DNA of 64,000 bases. It comes from Eubacteriales bacterium. GTDB lineage: Bacteria; Bacillota; Clostridia; Oscillospirales; QAKW01. The translations under genes were made by a program, and so were the position numbers. The notes beneath the pieces were generated by a model that saw nothing but the letters and a program-made list of their open reading frames with translations, was not told where the DNA came from and searched no databases. Below are positions 34,347-44,266 of this stretch, in pieces. The stretch is taken from positions 5,347 to 69,346 of the forward strand of contig JAZPYP010000082.1 in NCBI GenBank assembly GCA_045544255.1, given 5' to 3'. Every line of letters starts with the position of its first letter. The first letter of the stretch is position 1.

Positions 34347-34377
34347 CAAAAAACACCGCCAAGGCGGTGTTTTTTTC
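34347..34377. terminator. Bidirectional terminator (serves the minus-strand LbH/FAD gene pair)
   Basis: Stem ACACCGCC / GGCGGTGT (34353-34360 / 34363-34370), flanked by A7 and T7. Confidence 0.8.
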
Positions 34378-34398
34378 TTAATTTTCAATTTTTTGCTT

Positions 34399-35070
34399 TC
34401 AATTTTCGATCTTTTCTACGATCTCGCCCTGTTTTTTATAGATAGAATGGGCAGGGATCACACCGCGAACGGCGGAAAGGGGATAAACATTACTCTCTCT
34501 TCCGATGACAACACCGGGGTTCAAAACGCTGCCGCAGCCAACCTCTACCAGATCGCCCAGCATAGCACCCACCTTTTTGATGCCGGTTTCGATCTTTTTC
34601 TCGCCGCTCTTGATCACAACAAGGCTCTTATCGCTCTTTACATTAGAGGTGATGGAGCCGGCGCCCATATGGGCCTTAAAGCCCAAAATCGAATCCCCCA
34701 CATAGTTATAATGAGGCACCTGCACCCCATCAAAAAGGATGACATTTTTCAGCTCAGTAGAATTGCCCACTACCGCCCCATCGCCGATAAGGGCATTGCC
34801 GCGGATAAAGGCGCAATGGCGCACCTGGGTTTCCTTCCCGATGATCACATTCTCGCCAATAAAGGCAGTGGGAGCCACTTTAGCGGTTTTATGGATCCAG
34901 ACAGTTTCGGCAGGATGATCATATTCTTCTTCGGAGAGCATGGCTCCAAGCTTCAAAATATAATTGCCGATCTCCTTCAAGGCTTCCCAAGGATAGGTAA
35001 AACCTTCCAAAAGGGGAGCTGCTAAAGTATGCTCTAAAGAATAAAGTTCTTGAATGGTTGCTTCTTTCAT
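34399..35070 (-). CDS. Left-handed beta-helix (hexapeptide-repeat) transferase-like protein
   Basis: Start re-set to the ATG at 35070 (ATGA overlap with the upstream gene; GAGGAGGAAAA RBS). Hexapeptide repeats: IGENVIIGKETQV, IRGNALIGDGAVVGNS, VGDSILG, GAGSITSN, VEVGCGSVLNPGVVIG. Confidence 0.55.
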   Translation of the reverse strand: MKEATIQELYSLEHTLAAPLLEGFTYPWEALKEIGNYILKLGAMLSEEEYDHPAETVWIHKTAKVAPTAFIGENVIIGKETQVRHCAFIRGNALIGDGAVVGNSTELKNVILFDGVQVPHYNYVGDSILGFKAHMGAGSITSNVKSDKSLVVIKSGEKKIETGIKKVGAMLGDLVEVGCGSVLNPGVVIGRESNVYPLSAVRGVIPAHSIYKKQGEIVEKIEN

Positions 35071-36479
35071 TTTTCCTCCTCGGCAAGCCTTCTGCCCATT
35101 AAAACACCCATTACAGAAGCCATCATCAGGCCTCTGGTCCAACCGCTGGAATCGCCCAAGCAATAAAGGCCTTCCACACTTGTATTAAAATCAGGATCCA
35201 TCGATACCCGATTACTATAGAATTTCAATTCAGGGGAATAGAGCAGGGTTTCGGTGGAAGCAAAGCCGGGCACCACATGGTCGAGAGCCTGAATGAAATT
35301 GATGATATTCATCATCGCCCGATAGGGAATGGCGGCGGTGATATCCCCTGCTACCGCATCGGGCAGGGTGGGCTTTAAATTGGAGCGGGCAAGTTCTTTA
35401 TCCCAAGTGCGCTTGCCGTCCAGAATATCCCCATAGCGTTGCACCAAAATATGGCCGTTGGCCAGCATATTGGAAAGCTCGCCCACCTTTTGGGCATAGG
35501 CGATAGGCTGATTAAAGGGGTGGGTGAAGTTATGGGAGACCAAAATAGCAAGATTTGTATTATTGCTCTTGCGCTCTTTATAAGAATGGCCATTGACCAC
35601 CGCCAGATCATTATCATAATTCTCTTGGCTTACAAATCCGCCGGGATTCTGGCAGAAGGTGCGCACCTTATTCTTAAAGGGCTGGGGATAGCCCACCAGC
35701 TTGGATTCATAGAGCACTTCATTGACCTGCTCCATCACCTCATTACGCACCTCTACCCGCACCCCGATATCAACAGTACCGGGCATATGCTCGATATGGT
35801 GCTCGGTGCAAAGATGCTCCAGCCATTCGGCCCCTCTTCTTCCGGTGGCCACAATGGTATGATTGGCGCGGATCTCCCGCTCCTCTTTCCCATTGCTGAT
35901 ATAGCCGCCAAGGCACTTCTGATCCTCGATGATCAGGTTGGTGCACTCGAAGTTGAAGAGCATTTCCACCCCATTCTCCAAAAGATGCTGCTCAATGGCA
36001 TAATAAATATCTTGAGCCTTTTCGGTCCCCAGATGGCGGATAGGGCAATCAACAAGCTTGAGGCCTGCCTGAATCGCCCGCTTGCGGATCTTCTTGACCG
36101 CATCAGGGTTGCTAACGCCCTCCACATGGGTATCGGCGCCAAATTCCAGATAGATCTTATCGGTATAATCAATCGTCTCCTGAGCAAGATCCTCCCCGAT
36201 CAGGCTGGGCAGATCGCCGCCTACATCCGCGCTCAAGGAAAGCTTTCCATCAGAGAAAGCGCCTGCGCCGGAAAAGCCGGTGGTGATATGGCAATAGGGC
36301 TTGCAACCCACACATTTCTTGGTTTTTTCTTTAGGGCAACGGCGCTTTTCTACCGGCAATCCCTTTTCAACGATCATAATTTTTTGTTTGCTGCCCTTGC
36401 GGATCATCTCAAGAGCGGTAAAGATACCGGCAGGGCCCGCCCCGATAATTAATACATCATAATTCATAGTATTACTCAC
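35067..36479 (-). CDS. NAD(P)/FAD-dependent oxidoreductase (COG2509-like uncharacterised FAD protein)
   Basis: N-terminal dinucleotide fold YDVLIIGAGPAGIF. A Cys-rich insert (RRCPKEKTKKCVGCKPYC). Terminal GDSSGWTRG motif. Confidence 0.65.
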   Translation of the reverse strand: MSNTMNYDVLIIGAGPAGIFTALEMIRKGSKQKIMIVEKGLPVEKRRCPKEKTKKCVGCKPYCHITTGFSGAGAFSDGKLSLSADVGGDLPSLIGEDLAQETIDYTDKIYLEFGADTHVEGVSNPDAVKKIRKRAIQAGLKLVDCPIRHLGTEKAQDIYYAIEQHLLENGVEMLFNFECTNLIIEDQKCLGGYISNGKEEREIRANHTIVATGRRGAEWLEHLCTEHHIEHMPGTVDIGVRVEVRNEVMEQVNEVLYESKLVGYPQPFKNKVRTFCQNPGGFVSQENYDNDLAVVNGHSYKERKSNNTNLAILVSHNFTHPFNQPIAYAQKVGELSNMLANGHILVQRYGDILDGKRTWDKELARSNLKPTLPDAVAGDITAAIPYRAMMNIINFIQALDHVVPGFASTETLLYSPELKFYSNRVSMDPDFNTSVEGLYCLGDSSGWTRGLMMASVMGVLMGRRLAEEEK

Positions 36480-36485
36480 TTTCCC

Positions 36486-36523
36486 AAAAATATGCCGTTA
36501 CCCTTTCAGTAACGGCATATTTT
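36486..36523 (-). terminator. Terminator of the xpt-BMP ABC operon
   Basis: 12-bp stem ATATGCCGTTAC / GTAACGGCATAT (36490-36501 / 36509-36520), with T5 on the minus strand. Confidence 0.8.
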
Positions 36524-36584
36524 GAAGATTATTTTTGCCGCTAAATATTATAGCAGGTAAAAAGAATTTTGCAAGAGAAATTTT

Positions 36585-37586
36585 TTACCGCTCCTCGCGG
36601 AAATAAGGAAGGCCCAAACTTTCGGGCGGCTGATGCTCTCTCTTCTTGCGCATACTGGTGATAATCAACACAATGATGGTAACCACATAGGGAAGCATCA
36701 TCACAAAATACTGCACCATTCTATTCTCACCATACTGAATATAGGCGGGTAGCACATAAAGGGCACCAAACAAGAAGGAACCGAGAAGTGCGGTATTTGG
36801 GCGCCAGAGGGCAAAGATTACCAGAGCAATTGCAAGCCAGCCACGATCGCCGAAGCTTCCGCTGCTCCAAGTGCCGAAGGCATAGTCCATAATATAATAG
36901 AGACCGCCGAGACCTGCGATAGCACCGCCCGTAATCGTTGCCACATATTTATAGCGCGCCACATTCAAGCCTGCCGCATCGGCGGTGGCGGGATTTTCAC
37001 CCACCGCTCTCAAATTCAATCCAACGCGAGTCCGCTTTAAAATAAAGCCTGCGATCAGCGCAATAATAATAGCAAAATAGACCAAAAAGCCATAGGAGAA
37101 GAACAATTCTCCCACCGCACCCCAATCCTCCGCAAAGGGAAGGGTGGTGCGGTAGAGCATACTGGTGCGGCGGATGGAAAGAGAACCGCCCTCACCAAAG
37201 AGGCGGGCCAGAGAGCCGCCGAAGAAATCACCGATACCCACACCGAAGGTGGTCAGCGCAAGGCCAGTCACATTTTGGTTGGCTCTGAGGGTGATGGTCA
37301 GAAAGCTATAAATCAGCGCCAAAAGACCTGCGCCGATCAAAGCCGCCAAGAAGGGGATCAGAATGCCGAGAATCGGATTCAAGGGCGCATCGCCCATAGC
37401 CTTTTCATAGAAGAAAGCGCCGATTACACCCGATACACCACCCATATACATAATGCCGGGGATCCCCAGATTGAGGTTTCCCGATTTTTCGGTCAAGATT
37501 TCGCCGGTGGAGCCGAAGATCAGCGGAGTGCCTTGCTTTAAGGCGACGGCAATAAAGCCGCAAAGAAAAATCAACGCGTCTTTCAT
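36585..37586 (-). CDS. ABC transporter permease (BMP/nucleoside-type uptake system)
   Basis: Polytopic membrane protein. Last gene of the xpt-BMP operon, with ATGA-type overlap to the upstream permease. Confidence 0.8.
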   Translation of the reverse strand: MKDALIFLCGFIAVALKQGTPLIFGSTGEILTEKSGNLNLGIPGIMYMGGVSGVIGAFFYEKAMGDAPLNPILGILIPFLAALIGAGLLALIYSFLTITLRANQNVTGLALTTFGVGIGDFFGGSLARLFGEGGSLSIRRTSMLYRTTLPFAEDWGAVGELFFSYGFLVYFAIIIALIAGFILKRTRVGLNLRAVGENPATADAAGLNVARYKYVATITGGAIAGLGGLYYIMDYAFGTWSSGSFGDRGWLAIALVIFALWRPNTALLGSFLFGALYVLPAYIQYGENRMVQYFVMMLPYVVTIIVLIITSMRKKREHQPPESLGLPYFREER

Positions 37587-38695
37587 CTCTCCTGCTCCTT
37601 TCTGCTCTTGCGGAACTTGATCTGATATTCAATAAAGAATTCACAACCGATGATAAAGAATAAAATAATACCGGTTACAATATCCGCCAAACTGGAATCC
37701 AAGCGGAAGGAGGTTGCGATGGTGGTAGCTCCTTGCTGGAGGAAGATGATCAGGGCAGAGGTTGCAATCATGGTGATAGGATTGAATTTAGCCATCCAAG
37801 AAACCATCATGGCGGTAAAGCCTTGCCCACCGGCGGTATTGGGGCCGATGGTATGACCGGTGCCGCTTACCAGTAAAAAGCCTGCCACACCGCATATAGC
37901 ACCCGATACCAGCATGGTGCGGACAATGACCTTTTTCACATTGATGCCGATATACCGCGCAGTATTGGGGCTCTCACCCACCACAGAGATTTCATAGCCC
38001 TGCTTACTATATTTTAAATAGATATAGACCAGCGCGCAAACCATAGCCACAATCAAAATAATCAAGAGATATTGCTGACCGAAGAGCGAAGGAAGCCAAC
38101 CGGATTCTGTCTGCCGATTGATGACGCCTACATTGCCCGAGTTCTTGGGATTTTCCCAAAGAACCTCCAGCACCTCCACAAGCTGAATCACCACATAGTT
38201 CATCATCAAGGTAAAGAGTGTCTCATTCGTATTATATTTTGCTTTAAAGATCGCGGGAATGACACCGCAAAGAGCGCCTGCGCAGATACTGAACACCAGC
38301 GTTATGGGAATTAAAATGATATTGGGAAGAGAATCTCCTAAATAGATCATGCAGGCTGCCGCCGCGATACATCCGGAAAGAACCTGCCCTTCCCCGCCGC
38401 AATTCCAAAAGCGCATCTTAAATGCAGGGGTAACCGCCAAGGCAATACACAGGAGAATTGCTGTTTTTTGCAACAGCATCCAAAATCTTCTGGAAGAGCT
38501 GAAGTTGCCGTTGATCATCTCGGCATAAACGCTGACAGGATTCAGCCCTGTGAGCAACATAATAACCGCGCCCGCTAAAATCAACGCCGCAAGAATCGCA
38601 ATCCCGCGAATCATCCAAGCCTTTTTCCAATCAATGGAGGCACGCTTGGAAATATGAATCAAGGGTTCATGATGGGTTTTGATCTTTTGCTTCAT
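37583..38695 (-). CDS. ABC transporter permease (BMP/nucleoside-type uptake system)
   Basis: Polytopic membrane protein whose start overlaps the ATPase stop (ATGA). Confidence 0.8.
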   Translation of the reverse strand: MKQKIKTHHEPLIHISKRASIDWKKAWMIRGIAILAALILAGAVIMLLTGLNPVSVYAEMINGNFSSSRRFWMLLQKTAILLCIALAVTPAFKMRFWNCGGEGQVLSGCIAAAACMIYLGDSLPNIILIPITLVFSICAGALCGVIPAIFKAKYNTNETLFTLMMNYVVIQLVEVLEVLWENPKNSGNVGVINRQTESGWLPSLFGQQYLLIILIVAMVCALVYIYLKYSKQGYEISVVGESPNTARYIGINVKKVIVRTMLVSGAICGVAGFLLVSGTGHTIGPNTAGGQGFTAMMVSWMAKFNPITMIATSALIIFLQQGATTIATSFRLDSSLADIVTGIILFFIIGCEFFIEYQIKFRKSRKEQER

Positions 38696-40239
38696 TCCTG
38701 CTCCCCTCCTTCTGTTTTAGTCATCAAGAGACCGACCTGCTCTTTGGTGGCGGTGCGGCCATCAACAATACCGGTTACCTTACCGCCGCCGATTACCAGA
38801 ATACGATCGCAAAGCTCCAGCAGAACATCAAGATCTTCGCCAACAAAGATCACAGCAACGCCCTTTTCCTTCTGCTGGTTCAAAAGATTATAAATAGTAT
38901 AAGAAGAATTGATATCAAGGCCGCGCACGGGATAAGCCGCCATCAAAACAGTAGGCGAGGCAGCGATCTCCCGCCCCACCAACACCTTCTGCACATTGCC
39001 GCCCGAAAGACGCCGCACAGGAGTGGTAGCACCGGGGGTAACTACCTCCAGATCCTCGATAATATGCTCGGCAAGATCCTTGGGACCCTTGCGCTCCAAA
39101 AAGAGACCCTTGCCTCTTCGATAGCTGCGGAGCATCATATTGTCGATAATATCCATATTACCTACCAAACCCATGCCCAGGCGATCCTCCGGCACAAAGG
39201 AAAGGCGCACGCCAAGTTCCCGAATCTGCAGCGGGGTTTTACCCTGCAGAAGATCCACATTGCCGGTTTTGGGATTATGATAAAGCACAGCGCCGCTATC
39301 GGTTTTCTGCAGCCCTGCGATCACCTCTAAAAGCTCTCTTTGGCCGCTTCCTGCAATACCGGCGATGCCTAAGATCTCGCCTGCATTAGCAGTGAAGGAT
39401 ACATCATCCAGCACCAAAGCGCCCTCCCGATTGGAGCAATCCACATGGTGCACTTCCAGGCGGGGCACTGCGTTCTTCGGCTCGGTGCGCTCGATATTGA
39501 GAGAGATCTTTTTGCCTACCATCATCTCGGTCAGTTCCGCTTCATTGGTCTTTGCAGTCTCCACAGTGCCCACATATTCACCCTTGCGCAAAACAGCAAC
39601 CCGATCGGAAAGAGAAAGCACCTCATGCATCTTATGGGTAATGATGATGATACATTTTCCATCATCTCGCATTCTTCTCAATACCGCAAATAATTTTTGA
39701 GTTTCCTGAGGAGTCAATACCGCAGTGGGCTCATCCAAAATCAGAATATCGGCGCCCCGATAGAGCACCTTGATGATCTCAACGGTCTGCTTTTCGGAAA
39801 CTGCCATGGTATAGATCTTCTTTTGAGGATCCAGCTCAAAACCATATTGCTCGCAGATGGCGCTGATCCGCCCCTCTGCCGCCTTCAGATTATAGCGGCC
39901 TTCCTCTTCCAGCCCCAAAACGATATTTTCGGCCGCACTGAATACATCCACCAGCTTAAAATGCTGATGGATCATGCCGATCTGATAATCGAAGGCATCC
40001 TTCGGGGAGGCAATCATCGCCTCTTCTCCGTTGATATAGATTTCTCCTTCATCAGGGAAGTAGATGCCGGAGATCATATTCATCAGGGTGGTCTTACCCG
40101 AGCCGTTTTCGCCCAGAATGGAAAGAATTTCGCCGCGATGAACGGTCAGATTTACATTATTATTCGCCTTCACGCTTCCAAAGCTTTTTGAAACACCACG
40201 AAGTTCAATGGCAGGACAATCATTTTTATGCTGATTCAT
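38692..40239 (-). CDS. ABC transporter ATP-binding protein with two fused ATPase domains
   Basis: The ORF-track start at 40266 is a TTG. The ATG at 40239 has AAGGAGG 8 nt upstream. Walker A GENGSGKTT, signatures LSGGNVQK / VSEKQTVEI, and Walker B ILILDEPT. Confidence 0.9.
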   Translation of the reverse strand: MNQHKNDCPAIELRGVSKSFGSVKANNNVNLTVHRGEILSILGENGSGKTTLMNMISGIYFPDEGEIYINGEEAMIASPKDAFDYQIGMIHQHFKLVDVFSAAENIVLGLEEEGRYNLKAAEGRISAICEQYGFELDPQKKIYTMAVSEKQTVEIIKVLYRGADILILDEPTAVLTPQETQKLFAVLRRMRDDGKCIIIITHKMHEVLSLSDRVAVLRKGEYVGTVETAKTNEAELTEMMVGKKISLNIERTEPKNAVPRLEVHHVDCSNREGALVLDDVSFTANAGEILGIAGIAGSGQRELLEVIAGLQKTDSGAVLYHNPKTGNVDLLQGKTPLQIRELGVRLSFVPEDRLGMGLVGNMDIIDNMMLRSYRRGKGLFLERKGPKDLAEHIIEDLEVVTPGATTPVRRLSGGNVQKVLVGREIAASPTVLMAAYPVRGLDINSSYTIYNLLNQQKEKGVAVIFVGEDLDVLLELCDRILVIGGGKVTGIVDGRTATKEQVGLLMTKTEGGEQE

Positions 40240-40329
40240 ATTGCGATCCTCCTTTTTTGCATTCAAAAGATTCTGCAGAGAAAAATCAATTCAAAACAAA
40301 ATCTTTTCAATGCAAAAACCTCAATGGGC

Positions 40330-40351
40330 GAGGCGGAATAAATTCCGCCTC
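40330..40351 (-). promoter_or_regulatory. Intercistronic stem-loop between the binding-protein and ATPase genes
   Basis: GAGGCGGAAT / ATTCCGCCTC (40330-40339 / 40342-40351). This is the typical position for a hairpin that stabilises the binding-protein transcript or attenuates the downstream genes. No clean T-run. Confidence 0.4.
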
Positions 40352-40378
40352 TCCGCCAAAAAGTTTACTATGCGGTCC

Positions 40379-41557
40379 TTATTTGGTGGTTACACCATCG
40401 ATATCGATATCGAAATAAGGAGCAGAGCGATATTCAGACTCCAAGAAAGCCCCATCCTTGATAACCTCAGTATCAGGGGTGAAAGCAGCATCGGAATCAA
40501 CATCAGCCATATAGGAAGTCAAAGCCTTGCCATCCTTGGTCCAGGTATCGGTAGCAAATACATCCAACTCGCCCTTGATCAGCTTATCCTTAGCAGCCTC
40601 GATGGCTTCCTTGGTGCCCTCAGCGCAAGCGGTGCCCAGCTCGGAAAGCTCAACAGAGCCGGTCTCCAAAGAGCCGGTCCAATCTGCGGGGATTTCCTTA
40701 TCGTTCTTCACGCAATCGATGATGAACTCATAGTAGGGAGCCCAGTTGATGCGGGAAGATACCAAGAAGGTCTTGGGGCAAGCAGAAGCGGTAGAACCAT
40801 TATAGGAAACATTGGGAACGCCTGCAGCTTCGCAAGCATCGGGAGCGCCCATGGAGTCGGCATGCTGGCTGATCAGAACGCAGCCATCCTTGATCATCTG
40901 GCTTGCATACTCTTTTTCCATATCGTAATCATACCAGGAGTTGGTATATTTTACATCAATGGTAGCGGTGGGGCATACAGAGCGAGCGCCCAAATAGAAG
41001 GAGGTCATACCGGACTTCACTTCAGCATAAGGCATAGCGCCCACATAGCCGATCTTAGCTTCCTCAGCCTTGATGGTGCCTGCTTTGATCATCTCATTGA
41101 GCTTCATACCTGCGGCAATACCGGCAAGGAAACGGCCCTCATAGATGGAAGCAAAAGCATTGTGGAAGTTTGCAACACCCTCGGTGTGAGCCTTGGTGCC
41201 GGTAGCATGGCAGAACTGCACATCGGGATATTCCTTAGCGGCGCGAATCATATTGTCTTCATGACCGAAGCTATCGGCGAAAACGATATCGCATCCATCC
41301 TCGGCCAATTCGCAAGCCTTATTATAGCAATCCTCGCCCTCTTCAGGGATACCGGTTACGATAATAACCTGCTCATCGGTCAACTCGAGCTTCTCCTGAA
41401 CCTCTTTAGCAGCCTTGATAAAGTTCAGGTCGTAGGTAGAGTTCTCATCGTGCAGCATGATGAAGCCGATTTTGAACTCATCGTCTTTCTTTGCACCGCA
41501 GGCAGTCATGGTGATCAGCATCATAACAACCAGCAGAGCAGCCAACAGTTTTTTCAT
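40379..41557 (-). CDS. BMP-family (PnrA/Med-like) ABC substrate-binding lipoprotein
   Basis: Start re-set to the ATG at 41557 (GGAGGG RBS; MKKLLAALLVVMMLITMTACG lipobox). BMP-family pattern FIMLHDENSTYD.... Confidence 0.85.
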   Translation of the reverse strand: MKKLLAALLVVMMLITMTACGAKKDDEFKIGFIMLHDENSTYDLNFIKAAKEVQEKLELTDEQVIIVTGIPEEGEDCYNKACELAEDGCDIVFADSFGHEDNMIRAAKEYPDVQFCHATGTKAHTEGVANFHNAFASIYEGRFLAGIAAGMKLNEMIKAGTIKAEEAKIGYVGAMPYAEVKSGMTSFYLGARSVCPTATIDVKYTNSWYDYDMEKEYASQMIKDGCVLISQHADSMGAPDACEAAGVPNVSYNGSTASACPKTFLVSSRINWAPYYEFIIDCVKNDKEIPADWTGSLETGSVELSELGTACAEGTKEAIEAAKDKLIKGELDVFATDTWTKDGKALTSYMADVDSDAAFTPDTEVIKDGAFLESEYRSAPYFDIDIDGVTTK

Positions 41558-41614
41558 TGGTTTTCCCTCCAATAAATTATTTTTTATAATCACCGCCGAT
41601 GGCGGAAATTACCG

Positions 41615-42187
41615 TTATTTGCGAAATTCAAGGCTTTGGCCATCCATCTTTTCGATGATGGCCAGAGATTCCACCTTTAAGCCTTGGGCGCGGAGCTTAT
41701 CGCCGCCGCCTTGGAAGCCCTTTTCAATGGCAGTGGTGCAACCCACAACAGTGCCCCCTGCCTGAGCCACCAGATCCATCAGCCCATTCAGAGCGCAGCC
41801 GTTGGCAAGAAAATCATCCACCAAAAGGATCCGATCCCCTTCTCCGAGGATCTCCTTGCTCACCACCACCCGATAATCGATATTATGGGTATAGGAATGG
41901 ACAATGGTGCTGTAAAGATCATCTTCCACATTGATGCTCTTTTTCTTCTTGGCAAATACCAAAGGCAGATCCAAAGCCGCCGCCACCGCCATGCCGAATG
42001 CAATGCCGGAGGCCTCAATGGTCATAATTTTATTGGGCTTGTCCTCCCTAAAAAGATCGGCGGCATAGCGGCCCATCTCCATCATAAAAGGGGTATCGAT
42101 CTGATGATTTAAAAAGGAGCCCACCTTCAGTACATGACCGGGCAGAACTTTTCCTTCCTTCAGGATCTTCTCTTCCAATGCTTTCAT
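41615..42187 (-). CDS. xpt: Xanthine phosphoribosyltransferase
   Basis: The ORF-track start at 42208 is a TTG. The ATG at 42187 has an AAGGAG RBS. MKALEEKILKEGKVLPGHVLKVGSFLNHQID and the PRPP motif ILLVDDFLANG. Confidence 0.85.
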   Translation of the reverse strand: MKALEEKILKEGKVLPGHVLKVGSFLNHQIDTPFMMEMGRYAADLFREDKPNKIMTIEASGIAFGMAVAAALDLPLVFAKKKKSINVEDDLYSTIVHSYTHNIDYRVVVSKEILGEGDRILLVDDFLANGCALNGLMDLVAQAGGTVVGCTTAIEKGFQGGGDKLRAQGLKVESLAIIEKMDGQSLEFRK

Positions 42188-42231
42188 ACCTTGCGCGCTC
42201 CTTAACAAACAACTATTAACAATACATGTTT

Positions 42232-42260
42232 ATGTTATCAAAAACCGCCCTCATTGTCAA
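42232..42260 (-). promoter_or_regulatory. Candidate xpt operon promoter
   Basis: On the minus strand: TTGACA (42260-42255), 17 nt, TAACAT (42237-42232) with an extended -10 TG. The leader is only ~40 nt. Confidence 0.5.
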
Positions 42261-42281
42261 CACTTTAATCACTTTTTCCAA

Positions 42282-42321
42282 CAAAAAATGCGCAGATTTT
42301 CCGATGGAAAAATCTGCGCAT
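42282..42321 (-). terminator. Terminator of the glycosidase cluster (after the DUF4838-like gene)
   Basis: 13-bp stem ATGCGCAGATTTT / AAAATCTGCGCAT (42288-42300 / 42309-42321), with T6 on the minus strand. Confidence 0.8.
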
Positions 42322-42352
42322 TAGATTAAATATAACGCTTGTTCCCCTTGAT

Positions 42353-44254
42353 TTATTCCTCCGGGAATTTATCCAGATATTTTCTGAAAATTGCCTGATA
42401 GATAACGGGGTCAAACGCAAAGTGGGTATCCCGCTCGATCTCTTTTGCATAATGGAGCAGGGCTTCTTTTGCCCTTTGGCGGTCAGCGGTTTTGGTGCCT
42501 GCATAGGCCTCCAGCACATCTGCATATTTCAAGCAAAGAGCCGCATGATACCGAAGGATTTTCCAAGCGGAAGAAGGCTCCTGCTCCTCAAGGCATCGGG
42601 CCTTAAAATCGGCAATCACCTTTCGGATCTTTTGGCAATTTTGATCGATCTGCGCAGGATTCAGCGGCTTTTCGCGGCGGATATACGGAGGATCGAAAAG
42701 AGCGGAAAGGGTGGCCATATACTGCTCCACCTCCGCACCGCGCTCCCCGAAGGCGGCAGAAAAATATTCGGCGCTGATCTTATTAAAAGAGGACCTTTTA
42801 TCCCAAAGCCCCTTCGCCATGGCATAGAGGGGAAGGCCGGTGGGGAAGGCCGCACGCTGCACCTGGCAGCTTACCATTCCATCCAGCCCGATCTTTTCCA
42901 GCTGCACCATATCACGATGAAGCACCTTGGCGCAGGCATAATAGCCGGGATCGATATAATGATCCCACATCAGGTGGTAATCAAAATCGAAGCTATCGCC
43001 ATTCAGCTGCTCCTTCTGCCAGCGGGAAAGACGCGCCAGATTTTCGCCCACCGATTTGGGCATCACCAGCCGGTTTCTCTCATAAGGAGCAAGCTCTGCT
43101 CCCTCGGAAAGCGCCCCATCCGCAAGGGCAGTTGAATAGGTCCTGGTGATCGGGGCAAACATCAATACAAAGCGATCCGGGTTTTTCACCCTCTCGCAGA
43201 TCGGCTCCCAAAGCAGATCCAGATAAATGAGGCATACGATCTTGGTATCAAGACCGGCCTTGACAAGCTTTTCATCCAGCTCATTGAGCATCCTCACATA
43301 GTAATCCGAGGGGCGCATTTTTCGGCATTCCTCGCACTCGCAATGATTATTTTTGCCATCGGCAAGCCAAAAATGAAGAAAATGAACCGCAGGGTGCTTT
43401 TGGCTATAGGCAACAATAGCATCGGTCATTTTATCCCGAATATCCTTGCGGGAATAGCAAAGATTGGTATTCAGCGCAACCTTGCCCCAAAGTTCCCGCC
43501 TGCCATCCACCATAGCAAGGCATTCGCGGATCTCCTCCGGCAGCTCCTCCTCATAGAGATCCCAGCCGGTGGCATGGATACCAAAGGGCTCGCAAGTCCA
43601 CCCATGGCCGGTGGCATGATAATCCAGGCTACGCTTGATCACCTCTTCCTCCAGGCTCATCCAGAGATGATCCACATCCTCATCGTTTACAGGAGAAGTT
43701 TCGAAACCGATATGCCCGGCATCGTTATAAAACCGCTTAAAGAAGATGCTGGGGGTATGGAATTGGCAAAAATATCCGTTCATTCCAACCTTGGGCAGCC
43801 AATCAATCATATTATACACATGCTCATAACTGACCGCCCCCTCAATGCAGACGCTGCGATGGCGATAGGCGGCTTGCTCCTGCAGATGAAGGGTGAGTTC
43901 CTCTTTTTGGAGGGCGCGCTCAGGGATGATTTCCCCCTCCCGACCGGGATGGAGAAAGCGGCAGCCAAGCCCCTGCAAAAGGCGATATCCTGCGATCAGC
44001 ACCGCCCGCTCGGAGGAGCCGGTAAGGATACCGCAGCCATTCCTTACATCGATGCGGATCTCATCCCGCTCCCCTGCTGCAACAGATCCATCGATCCCGA
44101 TCCAAAGGGCATTTTTGATTGCCTTATCATAGGCGGGATAGCACCGTTTTTCTATAAATAAAGCAGAATCGATTTTTTTCAGATATTTTTCCAGTTCCTC
44201 CGCCGCAAAGCGGATGGTAGAATGATCGCCGATTTTAGCTAATGTGATATGCAT
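42353..44254 (-). CDS. Cytoplasmic glycoside-hydrolase-associated protein, DUF4838-like (family assignment tentative)
   Basis: 633 aa with no signal peptide and an AAGGGGAG RBS. Contains a HCECEECRK Cys motif I associate with DUF4838 proteins. Sits directly after a GH78 gene. Call made by recollection only. Confidence 0.4.
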   Translation of the reverse strand: MHITLAKIGDHSTIRFAAEELEKYLKKIDSALFIEKRCYPAYDKAIKNALWIGIDGSVAAGERDEIRIDVRNGCGILTGSSERAVLIAGYRLLQGLGCRFLHPGREGEIIPERALQKEELTLHLQEQAAYRHRSVCIEGAVSYEHVYNMIDWLPKVGMNGYFCQFHTPSIFFKRFYNDAGHIGFETSPVNDEDVDHLWMSLEEEVIKRSLDYHATGHGWTCEPFGIHATGWDLYEEELPEEIRECLAMVDGRRELWGKVALNTNLCYSRKDIRDKMTDAIVAYSQKHPAVHFLHFWLADGKNNHCECEECRKMRPSDYYVRMLNELDEKLVKAGLDTKIVCLIYLDLLWEPICERVKNPDRFVLMFAPITRTYSTALADGALSEGAELAPYERNRLVMPKSVGENLARLSRWQKEQLNGDSFDFDYHLMWDHYIDPGYYACAKVLHRDMVQLEKIGLDGMVSCQVQRAAFPTGLPLYAMAKGLWDKRSSFNKISAEYFSAAFGERGAEVEQYMATLSALFDPPYIRREKPLNPAQIDQNCQKIRKVIADFKARCLEEQEPSSAWKILRYHAALCLKYADVLEAYAGTKTADRQRAKEALLHYAKEIERDTHFAFDPVIYQAIFRKYLDKFPEE

Positions 44255-44266
44255 AGCGCGCTCCCC

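Noticed and set aside
42188-42352. Expected purine (guanine) riboswitch upstream of xpt
   Set aside because: The region contains only the upstream gene's terminator, a TTGACA-17-TAACAT promoter and a ~40-nt leader. There is no three-way junction or conserved purine-riboswitch loop sequence, and too little room for an aptamer plus expression platform.
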